DNA of 64,000 nt from Flavobacteriales bacterium (GCA_040377305.1 JBEIPA010000004.1:96001-160000); one strand, 5' to 3'. Shown: positions 17,050 through 26,428, counted from the stretch's first letter. Translations and numbers: made by a program. The notes: a model not told the origin generated them from the letters alone.

Positions 17050-18473
17050 GAATTTTTATCGCATTTCTTTTTTCCAACCTGTTATTCGAGTTTTTACCCG
17101 CTCAACAGACCTATTTTAATAACTACTATGAAGTATCCGGCTATACAAACTATACTTCTAGTGTAATTCAGAAATCGGACAGCGGATATATTTTCATTAA
17201 TACCGATGTGGGGCCTGTATACAAAAGCTTCGGTTTTGTTAATGTGAATAAATTCGGCGACACACTGTACTCTAAAAATTACTACTACCAGTATTTGCTC
17301 TTTTCTAGCGGCGTAACTCATTCTCTAATTCAAACCCAAGATGGAAATTATCTCGTCTCTGGCAGTGTGATGGATACCTCAAATACCAGACAAGGATGGT
17401 TAGCGAAGTTTGATCCCAATGGAGATACTTTATGGACAAGGTATTATGGCGGAGTTGCCAATGATTACATAAATTCCCTTTATGAAGACGCGCAGGGAGA
17501 TGTGTGGGGATGTGGATCAACATCGAGCTGGGGAAATGGACTCAGTGATTTTTGGTTAGTTCATTTTGATGCAAATGGCCTCGCAATATGGGATACGACT
17601 TTTGGTACCAACCAAAGTGAAGGCTGTGTTAGTGGTGAACTCACTGATGATGGTGGAATAATTATGGCTGGTAGGACTAACGGAAGTCCGTATGTCGTGA
17701 AAGTTGACGCTGCAGGCAACTCAGAATGGCAATTCGCATACCCAAATTATAGTGGATATGGTTACATTTCGACTGCTGCTGATTCAGGTTACATTGTCGG
17801 TTGTGGCGAAGTAATTTCTGCCGCTGAAGCTCAAGCAGCAATATTAAAATTGAATTCCGATGGAACACTTGATTGGGTTAAACATGTTGGATTTGTTGGT
17901 GTTGAAGATATCATCACTACAAAACCTGTTGTTTCAGATAGTAACATTGTAGTGTCAGGTGTAAGTACTACGGCAACATCAGGTTATTATACAGGCTTTT
18001 TGGCTAAAACAGATATTCAAGGATATATGCTTTGGCAGAGAACGTACACGTTAGACAGTATGCACAGCCACCACGTTTACGAATGCTTAGCTACATCCGA
18101 TGGCGGTTATTTACTTGGCGGCTCCACTTTTCAGTCGACTCAAAATGCCTGGCTAGTGAAAGTAGATAGCTTGGGATGCGAAGTTGCCGGATGTGATGCT
18201 GTCGGAATTTCAGAATTGAACGAATCAAATAATGTCTCAGTCTATCCTAATCCCGCTAACAACTTAATCACGATCGAAATAGGGGTTCCCGATTTTACAA
18301 ATTCAACTTTTGAACTTTTTTCGTCAACTGGTCAATTGGTAAAAAGTGAGCTCATCGTGAATGACTTAGTTGTCCAGATTAATGTCGCTGATCTCGAACC
18401 TGGTTTATATTTCTACAGGCTAAGTGATCAGACGGACAAATCCTATCAAGGCTGTGTTCTAATCACCCACTAG
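17046..18473 (+). CDS. T9SS-secreted beta-propeller-like protein (paralog 2)
   Basis: Colinear with paralog 1 (WGCGSTSSWGNGLSDFWL is identical); GTGA overlap; different CTD. Confidence 0.85.
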   Translation: MRIFIAFLFSNLLFEFLPAQQTYFNNYYEVSGYTNYTSSVIQKSDSGYIFINTDVGPVYKSFGFVNVNKFGDTLYSKNYYYQYLLFSSGVTHSLIQTQDGNYLVSGSVMDTSNTRQGWLAKFDPNGDTLWTRYYGGVANDYINSLYEDAQGDVWGCGSTSSWGNGLSDFWLVHFDANGLAIWDTTFGTNQSEGCVSGELTDDGGIIMAGRTNGSPYVVKVDAAGNSEWQFAYPNYSGYGYISTAADSGYIVGCGEVISAAEAQAAILKLNSDGTLDWVKHVGFVGVEDIITTKPVVSDSNIVVSGVSTTATSGYYTGFLAKTDIQGYMLWQRTYTLDSMHSHHVYECLATSDGGYLLGGSTFQSTQNAWLVKVDSLGCEVAGCDAVGISELNESNNVSVYPNPANNLITIEIGVPDFTNSTFELFSSTGQLVKSELIVNDLVVQINVADLEPGLYFYRLSDQTDKSYQGCVLITH

Positions 18474-18514
18474 CCACACACAAGCACTTTTTCAGTAGCT
18501 TCACTCCGCTGATT

Positions 18515-20410
18515 ATGCGGAAGTATTTCCTGTTTCTGTTCACCCTGCTTTCCCTGAATGCAAGCTCGCAATCAGCTGCCGATTATATCAAACAATCGGA
18601 TGCAATCTATTCTGCAAATCCGGACTCTTCGCTGGTGTTGTGCGAAAAGGCATTGGAAATAGCGAACGCTAAGGGTGATTCTGCAAACATCGCTTACGCA
18701 AAAGCGAAATGTTCCCGCTATCACATTCTGAAGTCGGATTTTGAGAATGCAACTGCCTGCCTGAATGCCGCTATTGAAATTCAGCAGCGTCACGACTACA
18801 AAAGCGGACTCGCCTACTCGTATAAGCTTAAAGCAATCATGCAGAAGCGAATCGGCAATACGGCTGATGCGCTTCGCCTCCAACAAGAGGCTGTTGAGCT
18901 TTACAGAGAAGATGGCGACATCTACGGCATGTGCTCTGTACTGATCAATCTTACCCTCGATTACATTGAAGGAAAACAATTTGATCTCGCTGAAGCGGCA
19001 CTGGATACAATCGCGGCGCACCCGGAAGGTCTTTTAGAATCGGCTTCGTATTTCTATTGGCAGAATCGGGGTTCATTACAGGCCGCACGCGAAGATTTCT
19101 CCGGCGCCTTGGTTTTTTATGACTCGGCAAAAGTGATTGCGCTGAAGTACGATCTGGTGGATAGCTATGTGACGTTGCTATCACTCATTGGAACTGCACA
19201 CATAAAACTCGGCAAACTCGACGCTGCTGAAATCGCATTGCTGGAAAGCTGCGAACTGGCGCGCGAAAACAATCTCGATCACGAATTGAATGAATCGCTT
19301 ACAGTGCTCGCACAACTCTACGTTTCCAGGGGCGATTTCAAAAATGCGTACCTCGCCAACAAAGAACAAACCGATCTCGCCACGAAAATTTACAACATCG
19401 ATCGTATCAACAAGATCAATGAGCTGGAGAAAAAGCTGGAACTCGCCGAGAAAGAAAAAACCATCGCAGAACAGAACATCACAATCGCTGAAGAAGAAGC
19501 GCAGAAGAAAGAACTCGAACAACGGAATTTTCTCCTGGGCATTGTTGTCGGCGCTGTAGCGCTTATAGCCGGACTGCTCACTTTCCTGTTCGTTCGCACA
19601 CGCATGCTCAATACGAGAATCGCGAAACAGAATGTGCTCATCGAAGACGCGTACTCCAAAATCCGCGACAGCATAACGTATAGTCGCAAGATTCAAACCG
19701 CTATGTTGCCGACGAATGAAACGATCTCCTCTTACCTTCCGAAGTCCTTTGTGTTGTACGAACCACGTGATATTGTAAGCGGAGATTTCTACTGGTTCGA
19801 CAAGCGCGCAGAAGAAATTCTCTTTGCGGCTGCCGATTGTACGGGACATGGCGTTCCCGGTGCTTTCCTCAGCATTGTTGGATATAATCACATTCACCAG
19901 GCCGTGAATATTTACAACATCACTTCACCGGAGAAAATTCTCGATCGGGTGCGTGAAGATGTTTCTGAAACACTGAAACAGTACGACGACAATGCTGCAA
20001 ACGATGGAATGGACGTTTCGATTTGCGCGGTGAATCGCTCAACGAATGTTTTGAAATTCGCCGGAGCTAATCATGCTGCATGGATTCTTCGCGGTGAAAC
20101 AATTCACGAACTGAGGGGCGATAATCAGCCCATCGGTGCGTACCCCGGACAAGAAATTCTCCCGTACAAGCTGCAGGAATTTCAGCTGGAGAAAAAAGAT
20201 CGCATCTATTTGTTCAGCGATGGTTATACGGATCAGTTCGGCGGAGAGAAGGGCGGAAAGTTCAAGAGCAAACAGCTCAAAGAGATTTTGATTGCATCAC
20301 GCACCGAATCTCTTCCGCAGCAGAAAGAATCTCTCCTCCAAACACTTCGTAAGTGGCAAGGATCGTATGAACAGATTGATGATGTGCTGGTGATCGGAAT
20401 CGAAATCTGA
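18515..20410 (+). CDS. Membrane sensor with extracytoplasmic TPR region, TM helix and SpoIIE/PP2C Ser/Thr phosphatase
   Basis: Signal peptide; TPR helices; TM FLLGIVVGAVALIAGLL; motifs VSGDFY, ADCTGHGVPGA, FSDG, IDDVL. Confidence 0.92.
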   Translation: MRKYFLFLFTLLSLNASSQSAADYIKQSDAIYSANPDSSLVLCEKALEIANAKGDSANIAYAKAKCSRYHILKSDFENATACLNAAIEIQQRHDYKSGLAYSYKLKAIMQKRIGNTADALRLQQEAVELYREDGDIYGMCSVLINLTLDYIEGKQFDLAEAALDTIAAHPEGLLESASYFYWQNRGSLQAAREDFSGALVFYDSAKVIALKYDLVDSYVTLLSLIGTAHIKLGKLDAAEIALLESCELARENNLDHELNESLTVLAQLYVSRGDFKNAYLANKEQTDLATKIYNIDRINKINELEKKLELAEKEKTIAEQNITIAEEEAQKKELEQRNFLLGIVVGAVALIAGLLTFLFVRTRMLNTRIAKQNVLIEDAYSKIRDSITYSRKIQTAMLPTNETISSYLPKSFVLYEPRDIVSGDFYWFDKRAEEILFAAADCTGHGVPGAFLSIVGYNHIHQAVNIYNITSPEKILDRVREDVSETLKQYDDNAANDGMDVSICAVNRSTNVLKFAGANHAAWILRGETIHELRGDNQPIGAYPGQEILPYKLQEFQLEKKDRIYLFSDGYTDQFGGEKGGKFKSKQLKEILIASRTESLPQQKESLLQTLRKWQGSYEQIDDVLVIGIEI

Positions 20411-21346
20411 TTACCGCATTTTCGCGAAAACAAAATTCCCGCCTTCATCGCCCATCACACGCAAGTGACCGTAACGCGGAACTTGTCCGCAGGCTTCATA
20501 CACTTGTGGCAATACATGCCCGGCCATCATGTCCATTGTGAATGCCGCGTTCGCTCCGGAAAGAAATTCATTCACGTAATATGCAAACGGACTGTGCTCT
20601 CCGTCTCCATCTGTTACAGTCGACAATCGTCCGGAAACAAATGCCTCACGCGATGGCGTTTGATTAAGAATGTCCAGATAACTCATTTGCTGATCGGGTG
20701 TGAACCCGCGGATATGAACTCCGGATGAATCGTGATCTTCCTGGATTGCATTCGAAGAGGCGCGTGCTGCACTGTCGCTGAGGTAAACCGCGCGACGATC
20801 ATCGAATATGCTGGAGCTGTAACAGGCGTCAATGAACATCACAACATGCAATGCAGAATTTGTTGCAAGTCCGTGCGACCGAAGTTGCTCACAGGAAATA
20901 AACGAAGACGTTTTTGATCCTCCATCACTCGGAATCCAAAAACCCATATCTGTTTTTTCGCTGTAGTAACCGTGACCTGCGAAGTAAATGATCAGATTGT
21001 CTTTCTCCTTCATCGAGCGCGCAAGGAAAAGCAAAGTATCCAGAATATTTTTGCGCGTTGCTATGGAGTCCGACAAGATGATGCTGTTCTTTCTCCCGAA
21101 ATGATATTCGGTCTGCAGCTCAGTGCAAATGGAAATCATATCACCATTCGCGTTTTTCAGATCCTTCCACACAGCGTTTGAATCGTAATTGGAAATACCG
21201 ATTCCGAACAACCAGTTTCTTCCCGGTGATTCGCTGATCCAGCTACCGTCATTCAACTTCGCATTCTCGCGCGCATCACACATGTTCGTGTACGCGTAGA
21301 CAAACAAGATGAGGATAGCGGCTAATGCAAGACGTGATATTCGCAT
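20411..21346 (-). CDS. Exported or anchored peptidase C14 (caspase/metacaspase-like)
   Basis: IGISNY, dyad YFAGHG and IDACYS, HSPF; hydrophobic N-terminus; start reassigned to MRISRL. Confidence 0.88.
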   Translation of the reverse strand: MRISRLALAAILILFVYAYTNMCDARENAKLNDGSWISESPGRNWLFGIGISNYDSNAVWKDLKNANGDMISICTELQTEYHFGRKNSIILSDSIATRKNILDTLLFLARSMKEKDNLIIYFAGHGYYSEKTDMGFWIPSDGGSKTSSFISCEQLRSHGLATNSALHVVMFIDACYSSSIFDDRRAVYLSDSAARASSNAIQEDHDSSGVHIRGFTPDQQMSYLDILNQTPSREAFVSGRLSTVTDGDGEHSPFAYYVNEFLSGANAAFTMDMMAGHVLPQVYEACGQVPRYGHLRVMGDEGGNFVFAKMR

Positions 21347-21474
21347 TTCATTTTCTCTTTCAACTATGGTTTTAAATCGCTTCAGCGATCGCACCGTGTC
21401 TCATTGGGCCATGGGCATTAGCACCCAACGCCTCCGGTTCTCCGCGTCGCCGTGTAAAGCGCCGCAGGCAACCT

Positions 21475-23754
21475 CTACTTTCTCTCTTTCGGATCGGCGC
21501 TCAGCACCTGCAGCTTTCTCACGCACCACATTTCACTCGTGACCGCTGGAGGATCTTCTGTAAAGCTTCTTGTCTTCGAACCATAGTTGCGCATCATGTT
21601 TGTAAGCGGACTCGAACTAGTCTTCGCAGGTCCACGCTCTAACACACCATCTGACCGGAAAATATCTGCCGGCAGTGGCGTTTCCGATGCAACCATGAAG
21701 TAGGTATCATATCCGTAAGGTTTTGAAACATTGAATCCGAGCTTTTCTCCTCCCGGAGTTTTCTCCAATGGAATCATGCGCTGACTCTGCCACTTGCCGC
21801 GATATTCTATTTTGTTTCCGTCGCCCAATTCCGGACGAGGATATAAGAGCGCCATCTTTCCGTTTGCGTCTACACCAAATACGTTGATGTAACGTGAACA
21901 ATAGAACGGCTTGAAGTTTACGGTGTCAAGCACGAGTACAAGTTCGAGACGATCGCCGCCGTAAACTGTTTCGCCGGGAGCAACAACACCACCATCCTTG
22001 CGCTTCAATCCGAGATAATATGGAAACTCATCTGGCGGAGATGCAAGATTCATCCACGCATTTAATTTTCCGAGACGGATTGCATAGTTGGCTACGGAGT
22101 CTGCGCCTTTCGCTGCCTGGTCGCCACCAATCCACGAAGAACGTAAAGGCAATCCTAGATTCGATGCGGTATCTGTCTTCGAAAGGTTCGGACGGATAAG
22201 CGCGTACTCTAATCTCCCATTGCTTCTTCCTGCGATGATATAATTTGCCGACATAGGATCGCTTGTGAAATCAATTGCAGAGTTGTCGGTGCCTGCACCA
22301 ATCTTCGTATGAAGTGCAGCATCAAATTCTTTTGTTGGTGGTAGTTGAAGTGAAACAGTTGCGCCCTTACGGATATTTTTCTTCAGCTCTTTGTCTGTGA
22401 GTGAAGCAAGCGTGGTGATCTTGTCTTTGCCCGCTTGTGAAATCATCCAGTGATTGATGTGATACTGAATCACGTATTCAGGAACCGCTTCGGTCTGATC
22501 TTTTACCTGAACACAATGTCCGGATGCGAATAGCGCCTGCACCGGTGCGATTGCTGCGAGCAGTTCCGTTGCAGACATGGTTGCTGCCGGTGCCCACAAT
22601 AAAAGTGTTGGACGATCGGGAGTAACCCAGTTGAGCATTTCTACAATGTCTCCGGGTTGAAACGACTTAACGTCACCGCTCACCACATTTGCAATGCTTG
22701 TTCCGATACCGGCAACTGAAATTACTTCGAGCGTATCTTTTCCGTCTGGTCGCGCGAAACGACATCCCGGATAAATAGAAAGCTCGAATCCTCCGCGAAG
22801 GCGAACGTGTCCATCAACAATTTCCTGAACGCCAACTACAGTTTTCGTTTTTGCGTCGGAAACAGGTTGACCAAACAGTGTTGCGTTCTTTCTCGTGTCA
22901 TTCGCTCCCAGCACCGGATCCTGAAACTTTGGTCCTCCATCCGATTTCAGATTCGCAACAATACGAGTGAAAATCATTTGTGCGCTCTCATTTGAAGTTG
23001 AGCTGTTGATTGCGCGTATGAATGCTAACGTAAATGCACCGTGTGAAATTCCATCAGCGTCTACAGCTTCTTTCGCTGTCTGATCACGTTGCGCAGCGCT
23101 GAACACCAGTGCACCACGCTCTTCAATGTTTGGAGATTTGCTGTCGTCGTTCGCGTCGAAGTTCAGTGGTGGCGCCTGGCGAGCGATGTATTGAACGGGC
23201 AAACTGTTCCCGCGCGCAATTCCTCCGCTGTGACAACAATCGTAGATCAATGTAAGTGTCACTCCTTTATCGAGAAACTGATTGAACAGCGGCGCGAGTT
23301 CTTTGTTGCGAATGTCCCACAAATCAGAAGGCACCATGGTTTGATCCTGTCCGGTGCCATCGTACGAGCGACTGTTTTTCACTTGAGATCCGTGTCCTGC
23401 GTAATAAATTAAAACAACATCACCAGCTGCCGGCTGGCATTTGCTGATCATGTTGTTGATTGCATTCAGAATGGACTCATGTGTTGCCTGACGGTTCATG
23501 AGTGTATCTATATTCTCATTCATGAAACCATACCGCGCCATGATGAGTTGCTTCACCGAACGCGCATCGTTTACACAGCCCGATAGATTTTGCCATCCCG
23601 CACGCTCTGCAGTGCCTCGTTGTGCGAACGCAGCCGGAGTTTGTTTGGTTTCTTCGTACGTGTCTATGCCGATAATGAGCGCACGTTTAACTCCGGCGTT
23701 AAGTGTTGTGACCGCGAGTAAGAGAATCAGGGAACTGACGAGATACTTTTTCAT
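21475..23754 (-). CDS. Exported peptidase C14 with C-terminal DUF4384-like domain
   Basis: Signal peptide; RALIIGIDTY, GCVNDA, YYAGHG, YDCCHSG, HGAFT; C-terminal GDRLEL...YINVF..D.NG..LLYP. Confidence 0.9.
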   Translation of the reverse strand: MKKYLVSSLILLLAVTTLNAGVKRALIIGIDTYEETKQTPAAFAQRGTAERAGWQNLSGCVNDARSVKQLIMARYGFMNENIDTLMNRQATHESILNAINNMISKCQPAAGDVVLIYYAGHGSQVKNSRSYDGTGQDQTMVPSDLWDIRNKELAPLFNQFLDKGVTLTLIYDCCHSGGIARGNSLPVQYIARQAPPLNFDANDDSKSPNIEERGALVFSAAQRDQTAKEAVDADGISHGAFTLAFIRAINSSTSNESAQMIFTRIVANLKSDGGPKFQDPVLGANDTRKNATLFGQPVSDAKTKTVVGVQEIVDGHVRLRGGFELSIYPGCRFARPDGKDTLEVISVAGIGTSIANVVSGDVKSFQPGDIVEMLNWVTPDRPTLLLWAPAATMSATELLAAIAPVQALFASGHCVQVKDQTEAVPEYVIQYHINHWMISQAGKDKITTLASLTDKELKKNIRKGATVSLQLPPTKEFDAALHTKIGAGTDNSAIDFTSDPMSANYIIAGRSNGRLEYALIRPNLSKTDTASNLGLPLRSSWIGGDQAAKGADSVANYAIRLGKLNAWMNLASPPDEFPYYLGLKRKDGGVVAPGETVYGGDRLELVLVLDTVNFKPFYCSRYINVFGVDANGKMALLYPRPELGDGNKIEYRGKWQSQRMIPLEKTPGGEKLGFNVSKPYGYDTYFMVASETPLPADIFRSDGVLERGPAKTSSSPLTNMMRNYGSKTRSFTEDPPAVTSEMWCVRKLQVLSADPKERK

Positions 23755-23854
23755 GTTGGGATATGCTGTTGTGAGTATTACAAATTTACGTGTTTGCAAT
23801 TCTTGTTCCGCAGTTGCGATTCACAATCACACTTAAGTGGTAGTGTTTAAAACA

Positions 23855-23890
23855 GAAGATTCGAATACTCTTTCGAATATTCGAATCTTC
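23855..23890 (-). terminator. 13-bp perfect stem after the small exported protein gene
   Basis: GAAGATTCGAATA...TATTCGAATCTTC followed by TGTTTT on the minus strand. Confidence 0.65.
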
Positions 23891-23931
23891 AAATCGGAGG
23901 TGTTAGGATTATATCCTGACACTAGGCATTT

Positions 23932-24351
23932 TTACTCGCGGAGGTTAACCCACCAATCAGAGTAGCAGTCTCCGCTGTTCTCCCAGTAGAAAGATCCACC
24001 TGAAGTTTCAGCATACCAGCTTGTCCAGCCACCGTATACCCATACTTCGCCAGTTCCCCAAGGCTCAACATAGCCTTTGAAGTTACCGTCAACGTAGATC
24101 TTAACCCAGTATCCAGTGTAGTTGTCAAAAGTAAGGTGACACTCACTTGCAGATCCGCGCTCAGCTGGCTTAGGTGCCGCAACGTCTGTAGTAGGAACAT
24201 CAGTCTTAACTTTGTCCTTACCGCGTGCAGCTCCGCCGGCCATTTTAGTTGCTTTAACGTCTTTTACAACGTGTTCCTTCTTTCCAGATTGCGCATTTGC
24301 AACTCCGAAAGACAGTACTGCGATAAGCAGCATAAAAAGATGTTTTCTCAT
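23932..24351 (-). CDS. Small exported protein: signal peptide, low-complexity pro-region with two RG motifs, Trp/Tyr-rich beta domain
   Basis: Signal ending ANA-Q; AARG at R43 and AERG at R65; 74-aa C-terminal domain with 2 Cys; own TATATTTG promoter box at 24386-24393. Confidence 0.85.
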   Translation of the reverse strand: MRKHLFMLLIAVLSFGVANAQSGKKEHVVKDVKATKMAGGAARGKDKVKTDVPTTDVAAPKPAERGSASECHLTFDNYTGYWVKIYVDGNFKGYVEPWGTGEVWVYGGWTSWYAETSGGSFYWENSGDCYSDWWVNLRE

Positions 24352-24440
24352 AGTAGTTAGTTGGTTTGGTTATGATGTTACAACGCAAATATATATGTTT
24401 AGATTCGTCAGTCGGTATGCCAATTGTCATTTTCACACCT

Positions 24441-24553
24441 AAGTAGTAATACATTTACTGGGCGGTAACAATCTGGAATATTTGAATGCGCGTATTCTTA
24501 TATAAATCAGCACCATTCGGCGCACAAAGTCACGTATACGTATAAATACGTAT
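24441..24553. promoter_or_regulatory. GTA-N4-TAC sites in the divergent promoter of the caspase cluster
   Basis: GTAGTAATAC at 24443-24452; ATACGTA-TAAA-TACGTAT at 24536-24553. Confidence 0.5.
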
Positions 24554-24634
24554 TCTCTTTTTTGCATCTGCGGAATGCTTTTTGTGACATTGATTTGATT
24601 AATTTTATGTTCCACAAAAAAACCTAACCAACTC

Positions 24635-26422
24635 ATGTTTCTCTCTTTCAGAAATATTATTCTTCTGCTTGCCGGATTATTCCTGCAGGGAAGTGTGGTG
24701 GCTCAAGGGGAGGGCGATTCGAAAGTGTTCTTTCTTGGAATCGGAATTGAAAAGTGCCTGAACGGCACACCAGGGAAGTCAAATGCAGTTGCCGATGTGC
24801 AGCTCGTTCTGAATCGCACCAAAAAAGACGCACAAAGCGGAGATGTAAACTTCAATCACGACGGCTCTTCGTTGATGGTAAGCAAGGCGGTTTGCTATAC
24901 CTTGTTTAACGATCAGGCTACGCTCCGAAATATCGATTCATTGGTCAATGTAATCAAGCTCACTGCCCGACCACAAGATGTTTTCTATTTGTATATCAGT
25001 GCGCAAACCACGGGACTTAATGGCAGTTTCACGATCCCGGCCGATCCCGCAAGTGCGAAAAAAGGTAAGACAGTTGCGCCTCAGCGAATTGTTCTCGAGT
25101 CTTCTCACCTCAAAGAATTATGCGAATCGGTACAATGTGAAAGTCAGATTCTCGTAGCCGATGCTGTTACCTGGCAGGAAAATCACGACGTGCTGCTAAC
25201 TGCACTTCTGGCTCCTGCTGCCAAAGGAAAAAATCAGATTATTGTGGCTCCATTTACTGAATCAACAGATTCATTTCTTGTTGCAGGGAAATACGTGAGC
25301 GCCTTCGCCGGATCAATCTACAATGCGGGACAATCGCTCCTGCGACTACTCGTTAAGAACGGAACCGTTACGGAGAAAGTAAAAACTTCAATGAACAATG
25401 CATACAATGCATTGACGGGGAGCGATGACATGATCGCGGCGGTTTATGAGTCCTGGAAATTAGTGGAAGGATCTGTTGGGCCGTCGATTGCGAAAGTGAC
25501 GCCTGCCGATCAAACCAAAGTTGCAGCACAGCCAGCACCGACCACTCCAAATCTTGGTCGTGGCTTCGAAGAAGATCAGCCTGCTCCGGTTGGACAACAG
25601 TATTCGTTGAAGGACACAAAACATTTTGCGCTCATTGTTGCAAACTGGCAGTATAATGATCCAGATTGGCAGGACCTGAATAATCCGATTAACGATGCGC
25701 TTGCCTTAAAAGCTGAACTTGAAACGTACTACGGATTTGAAGTGAAACTCTGTACAAACCTCACGAAAGAGGGAATGGAAACAGAGATTATCAGCTTACA
25801 CAAACGCAATCTTGGTCCTAACAGCCAGGTACTATTTTACTTCGCCGGACATGGTGGGTACCAGCAGCTTGGTGCAAACGCAGGTACCGGTTACCTCGTG
25901 CCTGTTGATGGAAAATCACAGCGCCTCGACTCAACCATGAGCAGCTATTACAGTTATGATGTTCTGAAAGCGAGACTGCTCTCACTTCCTTCACAACACG
26001 TGCTGGCAATGATCGATGCTTGTTATTCCGGCTCGGCAGATCCTAGTGTGTTTAACAAGAAAGACGGAGCTGCGGGAAATGAACTGGCGCAAGCGGGTAC
26101 AGAACTCAAACGCGGAACCGTAACAGCGCAGATGAATGAATGCATGCTGAAGCGGTCGCGGTATTTTATTTGCTCGGGCAAGCTGGAAGAAGTGAAAGAT
26201 GGTGTGAAGGGTGGTTTGTCCCCCTTCGCTAAAGTGATCACAGATCGTCTTGCGCTTATGAGAAAACGTGATCTCAACGATCAGGAAATAGTATTCGGCG
26301 CTGAACTTGAGATTGCACTCTCTAAAACGAAAGAGATTAATTCCTACGCTTTCTCATTTGGAAATAGCAATGAATCGACATCCAGCTTCATGTTTGTTCC
26401 TCCTGCGCATCGCATCAAATAG
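24635..26422 (+). CDS. Exported tandem C14 protein: degenerate N-terminal caspase-like domain plus intact C-terminal domain
   Basis: N-domain has FLGIGIEK, NAVADV, YISAQT, VADAV (no His/Cys); C-domain has NPINDA, YFAGHG, IDACYSG, LSPF. Confidence 0.88.
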   Translation: MFLSFRNIILLLAGLFLQGSVVAQGEGDSKVFFLGIGIEKCLNGTPGKSNAVADVQLVLNRTKKDAQSGDVNFNHDGSSLMVSKAVCYTLFNDQATLRNIDSLVNVIKLTARPQDVFYLYISAQTTGLNGSFTIPADPASAKKGKTVAPQRIVLESSHLKELCESVQCESQILVADAVTWQENHDVLLTALLAPAAKGKNQIIVAPFTESTDSFLVAGKYVSAFAGSIYNAGQSLLRLLVKNGTVTEKVKTSMNNAYNALTGSDDMIAAVYESWKLVEGSVGPSIAKVTPADQTKVAAQPAPTTPNLGRGFEEDQPAPVGQQYSLKDTKHFALIVANWQYNDPDWQDLNNPINDALALKAELETYYGFEVKLCTNLTKEGMETEIISLHKRNLGPNSQVLFYFAGHGGYQQLGANAGTGYLVPVDGKSQRLDSTMSSYYSYDVLKARLLSLPSQHVLAMIDACYSGSADPSVFNKKDGAAGNELAQAGTELKRGTVTAQMNECMLKRSRYFICSGKLEEVKDGVKGGLSPFAKVITDRLALMRKRDLNDQEIVFGAELEIALSKTKEINSYAFSFGNSNESTSSFMFVPPAHRIK

Positions 26423-26428
26423 CTTATC

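Noticed and set aside
21347-21474. GC-rich spacer between two caspase genes as a riboswitch or ncRNA
   Set aside because: Only weak short stems and no recognisable family.
23922-24200. Alternative 92-aa ORF overlapping the small exported protein
   Set aside because: Same-strand alternative frame with no signal or motif. The 139-aa frame has the signal peptide and promoter.
20411-26422. Classical cytoplasmic caspase anti-phage module (gasdermin, CHAT, NLR or TIR)
   Set aside because: All three proteases have export-type N-termini and no such effector or sensor gene is recognisable.
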